Shown piece by piece: positions 14,082-26,070 of a DNA stretch of 64,000 bases. This DNA comes from Nymphaea colorata (taxonomy: Eukaryota). Made by a program: the position numbers and the translations under genes. The notes below the pieces were generated by a model. That model was not told the origin of the DNA and ran no database searches. It saw nothing but the letters and a program-made list of their open reading frames with translations. The number at the start of each line of letters is the position of its first letter. Position 1 is the stretch's first letter. The stretch spans positions 23,126,001 to 23,190,000 of the forward strand of contig NC_045138.2 in the NCBI RefSeq assembly GCF_008831285.2, written 5' to 3'.

Positions 14082-14258
14082 CTAGAACTGTGGCTTATGG
14101 GCCCACTGTTCAAATGTGCATATATTGTGTTTTTATTTTCAGAGCTAACATGTCAATTCATACGGTTAAAAGCATGCTTTCTTTTTGTCCTCACAGCTAA
14201 ATCTTAGTTATGAGATCTAATTGCAGGACTTGCCTTAGGTTGCTCAATTTTATTGCAG

Positions 14259-14405
14259 GTGGGACATTTGCATTGTACTCACTGATATGCAAGCATGTAA
14301 AGCTCTGTCTTCTTCCAAACCAATTTTCACTTGATGCTCGTATCAAGTTCAACTGAAGGTGCCACCTCCACAGCTTGGGATGTCAATAACGATTAAAGAA
14401 AGGAG
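14259..14405 (+). pseudogene. KUP7: KT/KUP/HAK potassium transporter exon fragment (KUP7-like clade), frameshifted
   Basis: After the acceptor TTGCAG it reads GGTFALYSLICKHVKLCLLPNQFSLDARI, then after a frameshift LKVPPPQLGMSITIKER. This matches the KUP motif GGTFALYSLICRH..LLPNQ..SDARISSF.LKVPSPELERSL.IKERLE. Confidence 0.88.
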
Positions 14406-16453
14406 GTATGTAAGCTTCATTGTCACTGAAAAGGATGTTCTCGTTTGTTCTTGTTGGTACTTGACAGAAGTGTCCACTGTCTTTTGATGTCATTGTTGAA
14501 CTTCTCCAAGATAGTAAGGGTTCAACTAGATATAGGATTTTAATGCTACTATGTTACTATGTTCTAATTTCACTTTGTTTTTTACTTTTTTTATGGAACA
14601 AGCAATTGCTTTATAGATTGCCACCATTATGGTGTGCCTATGAATTATTTTTTCCTCCAAAATATTTCACACATTTGATGTAGAAGGTTTGTAGTCATAT
14701 GGGTTCAAGCTAGACTTTGGCAAGTTCTTGTATGAAAACCCATGTATTATAACAATTTTTTTTCCTTGTACACGTGAAAATCTAATTATGAAGGAAAATG
14801 AAGAAATTGAAGAAACATGAGAAAGTGACTTAAAGTAGAAGAGACCATATTCTCCATATAGGATGTATGAAGCAAATTCTTGTTCTTTCTTACAAATGAT
14901 ATGTGCCTCATAGGGAGATGTTACTTATGCAAGTTTTTTGTCCATGCAGTTGATTGCCACAACTTCTCTTTTCCAGGGGGGACTCCTCATCTCCTGAACA
15001 CTGAAGGCTGCTTTTGAAAATTGCCATAAGCACAACTTTCCATTTTGCTCCTATTTTCTTTCTACTGTGAGCATCTGGATTGGTCTAGTTGTCATGACCA
15101 GTGACCACTTTAACGATGCTGCAACAGAAGATGCCAGATATTAGGGGCTGTTTGGTCTTCATCTTGATCAAAAGAGAAACAGATTATGAATCGTAGGTGT
15201 GGATCAAATTGCTGGCAAACTACGGTGGATGTAGACTTGCCATTTATCACTTTTTTGTTATTTTCTCAAGTCTTTTAAGATTTTTCTTATTTATATATTA
15301 TTTATTCTTTGACAAAAGTAGATAATATTTGTTTCTAAGCCCAACTGATTGAGTCTTTGAATCAGCCAATTCACCAAATGGGCACCCTAACCAATTTGAT
15401 TCACAGTGAGATTTTTATAACACTGATTAAGACTTGATAGGAAAAGTGCTCATTGGCATACTGGATTCTTACCAAAACTGGTTTGGGGAGTACCAGTAGC
15501 AAGTCATTGATGTGCTACACTGATGGACTTTGTGTGTGGTATTCAGGATCTATCTGTTCCACTTACCTCAGTTCTTAATAAGCTGTGGATTAGACAATTG
15601 TTCTTGTGAATTTGGCTTGGACCTTGATCAATGAATGGTATACTTATTAATCCTGTTAGACTGACTATGTTCTGCTGTTTTCTTTTTTTCTTCGCATGAC
15701 TAGGATTAAAAGTCTTTTTTATAGCCATGTATTTATGTAATCTACTTTTATAGCAATGTCTTGTACTAGTGAGTGTAATAATGGTAAATTTGTTTGTTGT
15801 TGCAAGGTTGTAGATTCAATCTAGGTGCTATAAGTTGTAGATCCTAGGTGATGATGGGAATCCCCTTGTAAGTGTTTAGTATTTCTTTGCAATTATGTAG
15901 TTTATATGGGCAGTTGCTTTTCTACTAACTAGATGTGCACTTGTATACATCTTGTTCATGCTTGCTAGTGGACCACACAATTGATGACATGCCCATAACA
16001 AGGTAACCAGGTAAAGTTTTGAATTTCTAATTATTTGTATAACATGTTTAGTGTGCCACTCAATGCGTAGGCTGCAGCTGGTGCTTTTGATTATATAGGT
16101 TCTAATACATGAGATCACACCAACATCTGCAGGCACTAATATAAGCTACACAAGAGAATATGCTACAATTAAAGAACTACTTAGAAAAGTAAATTGAACA
16201 AAAAAAGGCACCGTAGATACCTGACCCAAGTCACCCATCAATTTGAAATGCCTATGGGAATGCTCTGAACCTCTGAACGGTTCTGCTTGAAATTTGAATA
16301 ACCTTTTTGAACTCAAAGAAAAAAATAGAGAGAGAATTCGTAGATTACAATCATCTTTACAGCGTAGAAAAACAGAAACTGAAGCAAGATAGGGAAATAA
16401 TTGATAACAGCAATTAGTAAGGAATTAAAGTGGATGATATGGCATCAGAATAC

Positions 16454-16582
16454 CTGCTCAATTCCTGGTGGAGGCCATTCACAATAGCTTGTATCTTCCT
16501 TCGGAAGCTTCTTCCCACCTCTAGACAGAGACATGTCTATTCCAAAAGGAAGAGGTTGTGCATTGCTTTCAGAAATATGAAC
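16454..16582 (-). pseudogene. KAPP: Single exon of kinase-associated protein phosphatase (KAPP, PP2C with FHA domain)
   Basis: 129-bp AG/GT-bounded exon translating [43 protein letters not shown]. It resembles KAPP 'PF.IGVASDPMAMRRGGRKLPMEDVC.Y.WPLPG' with a short deletion. No neighbouring KAPP exons seen. Confidence 0.8.
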
Positions 16583-16638
16583 CTGATAACTGCATAAAAG
16601 ATCAGACAAAAATTTTAGTTATACTCCAATCCAGTTAC

Positions 16639-16782
<144 letters not shown>

Positions 16783-17579
16783 GTATATTCTTTATGCACA
16801 TATAAGCTTATTTTATACACACATATAAGCTGATATAAGTTACATATCAAGTAGAAGAAGTTTACAATCAACTATTTTTCTATTGTGAGTATCAATTGAC
16901 TACAGTTCACATAGATACTCTCGGGAAGGCACCATACTATGTTGACATAGCTGAACATGGGTGCAGCTATGTGGCTTTGTATTGTCTTTTTGTTTCTTGG
17001 AATTGTAACTTCTACATGACCTTGTTTTGTATGGATCTAACATGGTGTGCATTGTCCCTCTAGGAAAGCCAGTCCTACATACGCATTTCAAGGCAGCGGG
17101 TTAGGGCTGGGATCCCTCATTGTCCCTTAATAGCACATGAATATGAATTTGTATTAGTGGGCCGTCTAAGCACTTTAGGACCAACACTAATTTATCTTTA
17201 TTGTATTGTTGAGAGCTAGAGATGCATTTAGGTTATCTTATAACTCTTTTTTTTTGGGGAGACTTAAAATATCTTTTAGTGTTCATTTCCTTAGAAAATG
17301 TTGTGCAGGTCTCACTTTTTTTGGAAAGACCTTTTAATAGTAAATATCATTTGGAAGAGGACTTCATATCATCTTACTAATACTCTTCTAGAAACTTGAG
17401 TATCTTGTAATGGGAGTTTCACTCACTCTTTCTTGGTCATCACAAAGAGAGAGAGGGAGAGAGAGAGACCATCATGCTTAATTAGCAAAACATCTAACTA
17501 ATTTCTGTTTTGGAAACTTAATTTTTTTTCCCCATATATCTGTGTGGCTAAATACAATTAAATGAGAATACATGTTAAT

Positions 17580-17896
17580 CGGCAAGGGTGCCGTGAGGGT
17601 GTATAATTGTATATATATAATATATTTATGATATATATATATATGTGTGTGTGTGTGTGTATGTGTGTTTTCATAATATATATAATTTTAGATTGTTTCT
17701 TAGCTTAATCTGTCATTTCTTTTTTACTTTTATTACTATACATAAAGAAAGAAACATGTAGACGAAAAAAAATGGAAAATATTTTTAACTTGCATAAGGA
17801 CACGGTTGGGGTGCATGTTGGTGCTGCACCAGGACTAACACCAGCGTCGTATTGACATGGGTGCAGCCTCTTTTTTGAAGAGTTTGTGTGACATAG
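17580..17896 (+). mobile_element. Partial MITE, same family as 19512-19819
   Basis: Shares TTTTTACT.TTATTACTATACATAAAGAAAGAAA and GCTGCACCAG..CACCAGCGTCGT with the 19512 copy. Ends TGTGACATAG, the reverse complement of the left terminus CTATGTCACA at 19512. Confidence 0.75.
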
Positions 17897-19047
17897 CATC
17901 TAATTAATTTCTCCTTTGAAAATAAAATTTCCTTCCTCTATGACATACATATATGCACTGACCTGTACCCGCACCCAAGTCTCTTGACAATGCTCTGGAC
18001 TGGTGGCCCCATCCGCACATGTGTAACATGAGTTGGTAGGGAAATATACAGGTGAGCTCTGGAATGGATCTTGGATTTGCGAAATATGGAAAAGATGATT
18101 ACATATTATACTTACATAAATTCAGAGTAGAGTCGGATTTCTGGGTGCAGGTTCTCTTTTTTTCATTTTAAACTGTCCATGTCTTTCAAGATATCATGTG
18201 TGGAACCACCTTGAAATCTAATTAAATATAGGCCATGCTTGCATCTATGAAATACTAATATGATATCTACCTTATTAAGGTTGTACGGGTGTTAAACATG
18301 TCCTTTCAGGTGTTTATGTATTGTAAGTGTTGGGCACATGCGTTTGAGTTTCTCTCTATGAATTTTTGTTGAATTATTTGTCACCTTATTGGATCAGAGT
18401 CATTACCTGAATCTGATTTCAGGAAAATGAGTCTCACCTAACTGAAGACAAGGAACTTTACCTTACCCTCTTCCTTTTTTATGATTTATCTGTCATCTAC
18501 TATTCTCTGGGTTTATATCTTTTTGTAGAATTGTTTGTGTTTGATGCATGTGGTCTACAATTATGATATGTGTTATGCTGTCCAGGCAGAAATGAATGTT
18601 TCTTGATGATTTTAAGTTTTTAACATTTGAATCATGACCTCTCTTTTGTGTTTTCTGTAGCACCTAAAATCACATAGTCTACTGCCTGGATTCCACTGTT
18701 TGGCTGTATAACATTTTAACTGGAAGGCTTGTGATCTGTGACACAGTATCTAGTAGCCGTTTGCACACAATGGCCACCTCAGGCTTTACAGTTGCATCAG
18801 TTTTGATTCATGTATCTGAATATGCATGTTGTTTACTGTGATTTGTATATGTGTTGGTTTCATCACATGCACATATTCCCTGTGGTAGGATTTTTATTTA
18901 TCCTTGCATTTATGTACTCATCTCTGTGGGGTTGCATTTATGGACGATGGCATGTGATTCTTTAAATCTGCATATTTTCAGGTGATTCATTCTTCTTTTC
19001 ATTCTAGTTTCAATTTTATAGTTAATGGCTAATGATATTTGGTGTAG

Positions 19048-19146
19048 GACTATATTCAGAGAGACAAAGGCATATGCTGCCAAGTTTGCTCCATTTTGAA
19101 ATGAGATTGTGAAAAACTTGCGGGAGGAAGACTATATCACTAATTT
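19048..19146 (+). pseudogene. CALS9: Callose synthase (CalS9/CalS10, GSL10/GSL8 clade) exon fragment with premature stop
   Basis: Reads TKAYAAKFAPF*NEIVKNLREEDYITNF after the acceptor TGTAG. The callose synthase motif is AA.F.PFWNEII..LREEDYI, and the conserved Trp has become TGA. Confidence 0.85.
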
Positions 19147-19456
19147 TTCAGTATCTAGATATCCTTTTGCTTATACATATTATCTTCCCATTGTGTCTCA
19201 ACCTTTGGTTTATTTTTAGGCTAGCGATGTACTCCGGATAAGGTTGAAGCCTGATGGTTTTGTTATTTAATCAAAAGCCTTTTTCGTTTAGTTATGCAAA
19301 TCAAATTATAACGAAAAGAAATTTGTTTAGAAACATAAGGGAGGAACCAGTTCTTGACTAAATTGAGCGAGTGTTAACGTATAGGAAATGTGCAAGGCTC
19401 GACATTAGTTTTATGATTTCCATTATCCTGTGCCCAATTATGAGTGGGGACTTGAA

Positions 19457-19930
19457 GCTAGTAATCGCTGGTCAGCCATCAGGCGGTGAATTCATTCCCA
19501 GGCCCTGTACACTATGTCACATGAGTGCGCGGTGCTGGTGCGGGTGCGGATGCGAGTGTCGGTATCCCAAAAAATTTGGGTGCGAGGGTGTATATATATA
19601 TAAATGTATGTATTCATAATATATATAATTGTAGCTTGTTTCTTCTGTCTTTTTACTCTTATTACTATACATAAAGAAAGAAAGGGACAGGGAGAAGAAA
19701 AAAAGTAAAAAATAATTTGAACTTGCATAAAAAAGATGTGGTTGGGGTGAGTGTTGGAGCTGCACCAGCACCAGCGTCGTGTCGACACGGGTGTGGCCCC
19801 TTTTTGGAAGAGTCCGTGTACACACCGCCCTTCACACTAGGAGCTGGCCATGCTTGAAGTCGTTACCTTCACCGTTACCTTCACCGCAAGGACCGCAAGG
19901 AGGGGGATGCCGAAGGCGGGGCTAGTGACT
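19457..19930 (+). pseudogene. rrn16: Nuclear plastid DNA (NUPT): fragment near the 3' end of chloroplast 16S rRNA, split by a MITE
   Basis: 19457-19511 GCTAGTAATCGCTGGTCAGCCATCAGGCGGTGAATTCATTCCCAGGCCCTGTACA and 19817-19930 TGTACACACCGCCCTTCACACTAGGAGCTGGCCATGCTTGAAGTCGTTACCTT...CCGCAAGGAGGGGGATGCCGAAGGCGGGGCTAGTGACT match the plastid 16S sequence around the universal GTACACACCGCCC motif. Confidence 0.9.
19512..19819 (+). mobile_element. hAT-like MITE inserted in the 16S NUPT, right TIR deleted
   Basis: Left terminus CTATGTCACA, GGTGC subterminal repeats, homologous to 17580-17896. It interrupts contiguous 16S sequence. Confidence 0.8.
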
Positions 19931-22330
19931 ACCTGATAGCCTCTTTTAACTATGTACATGGTTACTATTGTGTAGTACATGGTTACTATTGTGTATAGGG
20001 ACCAACATAATAGTGTAATATATATACACGGTCATAACCATGGTACATAGTGCCTGTATACGGGTCTAACCGAATATACTGGGAACATCTACTCCCAATA
20101 TGTTACATCTTATATTGTATAGTCTATCATAAAGTATAACTAATCTGTTCACTCTGGCATGAGGTTTATATACATATGATGTATATAACATGATCGGATA
20201 TTACATACTACCTTATATGATGATATGGGTTTATACTGTATCAATTACTATAGCCTATATCACAGAACTCATGATCGTGTTACCTGATGGCCTAATATAA
20301 GGCTTAGGAACGGTTGGAGTATCTTAGTCGTAGGGGTTAATATAATGTATACTGTATACAATAACTACTATATTTAGGCATAGTAGCTGTTATATTATTA
20401 CCTTGTCAACAGTTGGGCGGATTACACTATCATAATATATGTATATAGTAGAGTAGATTACTGTACATATAATCTACTCTACCATAATGTACATACTTAT
20501 CAATACCGTTAGTGTGGTAATAGCCCAATGTATGAGGTAACCATTAGCCCATACATGTTATATCATATTGTGCACGTATACATAATATTATTGTTTATAG
20601 CCTATATTGTCCAGCTATATATATAATATATGGCTGTTATTGCCTATAACCATATACACTAGTTGATAATACAGATTGAGACAAGCATATAACTCCCACT
20701 ATAATGTAAACAACTATGTGCAGTACTGTAAGTGGCGTTATTAGCTACTTATAGGGTCTAACTCTATAAGTGGTTGTGTAGTTAATGTAACAAACAAAGG
20801 ATATATCACCCCTATAATGTTATTATATAGTTGACCATATACTTTACAGCCATATATTAGCTGACAAATACATATATAGGTGTGATTACCCTAAACCAAG
20901 AAGGATTATATGTAGTACAATGTGCAGTACTACACACAGTACTATGATGTATAATATAGGGGCACATAGACCCCCCTGTTATGGCCAGTACCTCTGTATA
21001 AATATACACTATAATAGCTGTATATGGGTACTGCATAGTGTTATTTGTATATATAACAAAGCATCATAGGTATATTATGTTATAATATAGTACTATGTTA
21101 TAATATATGTTATGGGCATACTCAATGCCTTAATAGTTATAGTATATGTTATAACAAACATACACTATAAGTATACAAGGGCAATGTGAATATTAGGCCC
21201 GTTAGGTCCCATATAACGTACATGTTGTAGATTATAGTTATCACATATATATCCTATAAAGTACAACTTATCCTTACCATTTATACCAGATTAGTACTAT
21301 AATACAAAGGTGAACTCATACATTGTAGTTCATAAGTGAGGACCGTATGTTACTGGATTATAAGTTATAACATGCATGTTATAGTATGTTATGCCTAGAA
21401 GTAGCTCATTGTGCACTAACATGGGTATATATTAGGGTTGTAATTACCTTACCATGCTGTGTACTATTATTATATTACCCTGTGTACATATGTTTTGGTA
21501 ATAGTAATACCATATTATATACATATAATCTTATGCTTGTTCATACTATATCGTAGGTGTTTAGTAAATATATACAATGGTAAATATATACAATGGTATA
21601 TATTTATAGGTGTAGGTCTTAGGAATATACCCTTTGTATGGTGAAGTCCTTATCGTACTATAGTCATCGCTACTATTTATATATTATAATGTAGTACATC
21701 AATACTATATACGTGTATCACATGTATATTACATTAGTATGAATATATTGAAATATGTTACCTTTATTATGCATGTATAATATATGTAACATGTAAATGT
21801 ACATATATACATATATGTATGCACATGTTATATTTATATATACATATATATATATGTATGTATGTATATTATTATAGAAATATGTACGTACATTTATATG
21901 TACACATTATATAATACATATGTTATATAATGTATTTTTTAAATATTCTCTTACTATGTGTTGTATACATGTACATAATACTATACATGTTATAATACTT
22001 ATTACTATACATGTAATATAGTATATGTATATAATATAATAATTAGTTTGGAAAAATAAACATTGCAAAGGGTGAAAGGTATAGTTTGTGAACTAACCCC
22101 AATGAGGTTGACAGATTATGATTAGAGGGTAGTGTAAGCTTATGCTGTGTCTGTATCCTCAGAGAACCTATCAGTGTAAAGATCATATGATGTATGTATA
22201 TTATAAGATACTGCTTATTGTCAGTATCCTTGTTAATAATATGATAGAGTACATATATAGTACGTTTTCTAGTCCATCGGTTACACTACTTTTATTATAT
22301 GGGTATCTAGTCAGGTGATGGCAAAACAAC
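19931..22330. other. Compositionally anomalous TA/purine-pyrimidine-rich tract 1
   Basis: Excess TA/AT/CA/TG steps and few A/T homopolymers compared with the flanks. Near-pure RY core at ~21700-22040. No meaningful ORF. Right boundary approximate. Confidence 0.6.
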
Positions 22331-22388
22331 AAATAGACATATTAACAGCTTGCGCATGGTCGAGTTAGGTTCACTTTGTTAGGAGACA

Positions 22389-22950
22389 TGTATATTAGTT
22401 TGTGTATATTGTTTGTCTTTTATTTTTGAGATTTTGGTTTGAATCCAATCCCATGCTTGTATTACATGTATACACATTATGTAAGTACTCTTTCTTCATA
22501 AGGGCATTACTGTAATTACTACTATGCTCTTTTTATATAAGCAAGGAAACAAAGCACCATTGCTTTCATTTGAATATATTCTGGCATCTCTTTCCTCTTC
22601 TTTCATTTCCTTGCTGTCAACATATTTGGAGCTCTCACATGGTACTAGGGCCATTTTGATCTTAGGAGTGCTTTTCTAGAAGGTGTATCACAATGTCAAC
22701 ACACGTTCACATTCTTTGTATATTGTTAGTTTTAATTAATTTGTAACTGAATATGAATCCAATCTAGTCCTACATGTGTACACTTGTGTAAATATCCATT
22801 CTTCATAAGGTTATTATGTTGGCGGGCAATGTTTTTTAATAAGTAAGAAATGAAGCTGATCACTTCTTTCTCATTGAAGTCGTGATATTCTAGCCCCTCC
22901 TTCCTCCTCTCTTTTTCCTTGCTGCTAACATTTTTGGAGATTTCTTAATA
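22389..22950 (+). mobile_element. Two diverged short LTR-like direct repeats (TRIM/copia LTR remnant)
   Basis: ~22389-22639 and ~22720-22950 share GAATCCAATC, TTCTTCATAAGG and TTTCCTTGCTG..AACAT.TTTGGAG. The first ends in CA and is followed by TGGTACTAGGGCC, resembling the tRNA-Met PBS TGGTATCAGAGCC. Confidence 0.45.
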
Positions 22951-23659
22951 CACTTTGTCACATGAGTTGGGTTCATCCTACTTGTGGAAGAAAATGAAAC
23001 ATATGTCCCCATAGTTGTTTATTCTTTTGGAATAATTTGGGAGCATCATATTAATAGATGTTGTGACTTGAGGTATAACGTAAAAGGAGTCAAGTCACTT
23101 TTCAGGATGAAGTTGTCAGTTCTATGACTACTCCAACTTATTTTATTAATTAATGCAAAATTTTCCAGAGAAGCAAAATGTAATACTAATGAAGGCCCAC
23201 GGTATTTAGATTACAATAAAAATGTGATGTGTGCATGTGTTTTTATACCCATGGAAAAGTAAAATGCACCTACCATTTTTATCTTTGGGGCTCACAGTGT
23301 GCCCCTCTTAAACAAAAAGATTACAATAGTATGCACAATTTTCTTCTCTTTTGGTTTTGCTGCCAATTTCTTGCTTTTGTTCTTGTTTCATTTATCGCAA
23401 TTCGGTCATTACTATTACAATATAACCGAACATATCAGACAGATAGTCAGTGAAGACAACAAGATAGAATCTCATGGCAATTTCACTGGTCAGAAAAACC
23501 ACTTAAAATTTGGAATCCTACTCGTTTTAAAATGAACAACCTGATAGTGAAAGAAGTGAACTCTTGTTTAGCTGTGATTCCTATTTAGGCTTTAAATCTT
23601 TGCTCCAAAGTAATTTGGAAAGTTGGTGTGTTTGTTTCCTGATGCGTGGCTGGTGCCAC

Positions 23660-23665
<6 letters not shown>

Positions 23666-23751
<86 letters not shown>
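23666..23751. repeat. (TA)n microsatellite
   Basis: Direct dinucleotide run. Confidence 0.95.
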
Positions 23752-23756
<5 letters not shown>

Positions 23757-23792
23757 CTATGTACATACCAGACCTAGCATTGTTGTTTTGAG

Positions 23793-25256
23793 CAATGTTG
23801 TAAAAGGCGAGAAAGCAAGGCAAGGAGTTGAGCCTCTCATGAGACGAGGCGAGGCGTTAATTGAAGCGTAAGCTTCACGAACAAATTTGTGAATTATATA
23901 ATATTTATAAAAATAATAATAAAACTGAAAAAAATGACTACAATACTAAGCATATCAATAAGAAACAACACACAACATATGCAAACCCTCAAATACCACC
24001 AATGTTTGGCGACGTGTACAGGAAATGGGGCAACGCATACAGGAAAGATAGAGCTAGATTAAAGAAGAAGGAAATGCACCCAAGATATGAAGATCCGTAC
24101 TAATTTGCAAACCACACAAATTCAGATACCATTTTCCAACAAAGCCATATGGCAAGGGCTGTTTGGCAGAAAACCCATTTTCTTTTCGTTGTAAAATTTC
24201 TTCACCGTTTGCACTCAGCAACATACGCCGACAGACGGCAACTCTGGCCACCAGATAGGCCTGGGCATTAGGCCGGGCCGCCGCCGGGCCAGCCCAGCCC
24301 GATCGGATCCGGGTTCGGGCTTGGGAAAACCTGGTCCAGGCCGGGCCCAATAGGGCGGCCCGGTGGCAGCCCGACCCGGCCCGACTCCCTCACTCTCTCT
24401 CCGCTCCCCCTCTTCCTCTCCCCTCCCGCTCTCCCTCTCCGCTCCCCCTCCCCCTCTCCCTCTCCGCTCCCCCTCTCCCTCTCCCTCTCCCTCTTCGCTT
24501 CCCCTCTCCCTCTCCCTCTCTGCTTACCCTCTCCCTCTCCCTCTCTGCTCCCGCTCCCCCTCTCCCTCTCCCTCTCTGCTCCCGCTCCCCCTCTCCACTC
24601 CCCCTCTCCCTCTCCCTCTCTGCTCCCGCTCCCCCTCTCCCTCTCTCTCTCCCCCTCTCCCTCTCCCTCCTCCTCCATCTCCCTCCCCCTCCCCCTCCTC
24701 TTCCATCGGAGTGCGACGGGAGGCGGGGGAAAGGGGGTCAGGCGACGGGAGGGCGAGGGAAAGGGGGTCGGGAGTGCTGGCCTGGCCGGGCCGGGCCAGG
24801 CCCAGGCTGAAACCCGGGCTATCGGGCCAGGCTGAGCGGCCCGACGGTCCGGCTCAATGCCCAGGCCTACCGCCAGAAAGCTGAGGGAGCGAGAGGGTGG
24901 CCATGGCCAGCGCCAGCCATGGAGAGAAAGAGACTCAAAGAGGAACATATCATCCATGGAGAGAAAGAGAAGGATTTCTGACGTTAGGCGATGGCTCCAA
25001 ACTTCCACCAGCCGCAGCTCTAGCCTCCAGCATCTAGCAATTTCACAGTGTGCAGCAATGGTGGTTGAATTTCACAGGTGATTTGGATTAAAAATAGGGT
25101 ATTTAGGGATACAAATGTGGTTAATTAGGGCTATGTGTGAAGTTTGATTATTTTTATTTAATTTTAATTTTTTTAATTAAAAAAACTAAACTGTCCATGA
25201 GGCGTACGCCTCTACCAAATGTGGCGCACAGGGACACGTGTGCCTCAACCCTAAGG
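23793..25256. mobile_element. Older non-autonomous hAT-like element (AGGCG/CGCCT subterminal motifs), host of the 24256 insertion, right end truncated
   Basis: Starts CAATGTTGTAAAAGGCG with AGGCG repeats. GAGGCGTACGCCTC motifs recur at ~25200. No right TIR is seen before anomalous tract 2. Confidence 0.5.
24256..24869. mobile_element. Non-autonomous hAT-type element related to 1191-1833, with a CT-rich internal array
   Basis: TIRs TAGGCCTGGGCA / TGCCCAGGCCTA. 8-bp TSD CCACCAGA (24248-24255) / CCGCCAGA (24870-24877), one mismatch. GGCCCG subterminal repeats. (CTCTCC)n array at ~24385-24700. Confidence 0.9.
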
Positions 25257-25733
25257 TTTCATAATTAAAATATATGTAACATATATTATATTAGTAGCAG
25301 TTATTAATGTATAGGGGCACTACTGGACCATTATAAATGGCCATATGCACTATACATGTAGTGCATAATAACTATTATATGTATGTATATAATAACAGTA
25401 TTATATGTACGTCTAATATAACAATATATCATACAATAATAGTTACCCTATTTAACTATACCTTACCATATGACCTTACCCATTATAAGAGGTTACCTAT
25501 AACCCATTGTATGACAGGAGTGTTCATATTACCAGTAGTGCCCTTAGCACAAACAATATATGTTACTACAATGGGCTTTTATGCAATATCATCAGCCATT
25601 GTTACCTGTATATCATGAGCTTATGGGAAAGTTGTACTATGATACCATAAAGATTAACATGGTCATTGTTTGGAGCTATCGTTTGGGTTAGAATATGTAA
25701 CAACAGCCCATATTGTACATTAATGACCATATG

Positions 25734-25798
<65 letters not shown>

Positions 25799-26070
25799 CT
25801 GTATAGGTACCCTAATTGTATGTAATAGTATATAGTGCATATATACGTATATACACGGATGCTGTACAGCCATATAATAGTGCTTATCTCTATTGGCATC
25901 AACCCAATAGAGATAGGCACCATAGACTATAAAAGATTACACTAGTTATACATGATATATTACATAGTGCAGGCTATATACGTTATTATTATTATGATAA
26001 GCCCATAATACAGTTAATGTTATACACTATATATATGGTAACAATAGTGGTATACCATACATATGAGATC
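25257..26070. other. Compositionally anomalous TA/purine-pyrimidine-rich tract 2, containing (TA)n at 25736-25797
   Basis: Same texture as 19931-22330. Begins where the 23793 element breaks off. Right boundary approximate. Confidence 0.6.

Larger units (their letters stand above)
7519..16280 (+). repeat. Segmental duplication, copy 1 (paralogous to 26324-34917)
   Basis: Collinear high identity from ACTAAAATTCTTCTAGTAAAAC (7519 / 26324) to CTCTGAACCTCTGAACGG (16280 / 34917). Matching ORF pairs, e.g. 10252/29048 and 15876/34513. Confidence 0.95.

Noticed and set aside
14940..15240. Possible further exon fragment (paralogue at 33580-33870)
   Set aside because: Coding-like texture, but I recognise no family in any frame.
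19457..19930. Functional rRNA gene or bacterial contamination
   Set aside because: Only a short piece of 16S, mutated and interrupted by a plant MITE. The sequence fits the plastid type.
19931..22330. Fungal RIP-mutated DNA
   Set aside because: TA is high but CA and TG are plentiful, whereas RIP depletes them.
24268..25008. 246-aa and overlapping 173-aa ORFs
   Set aside because: They are translations of the CT-rich low-complexity array and GC-rich ends of a hAT element.
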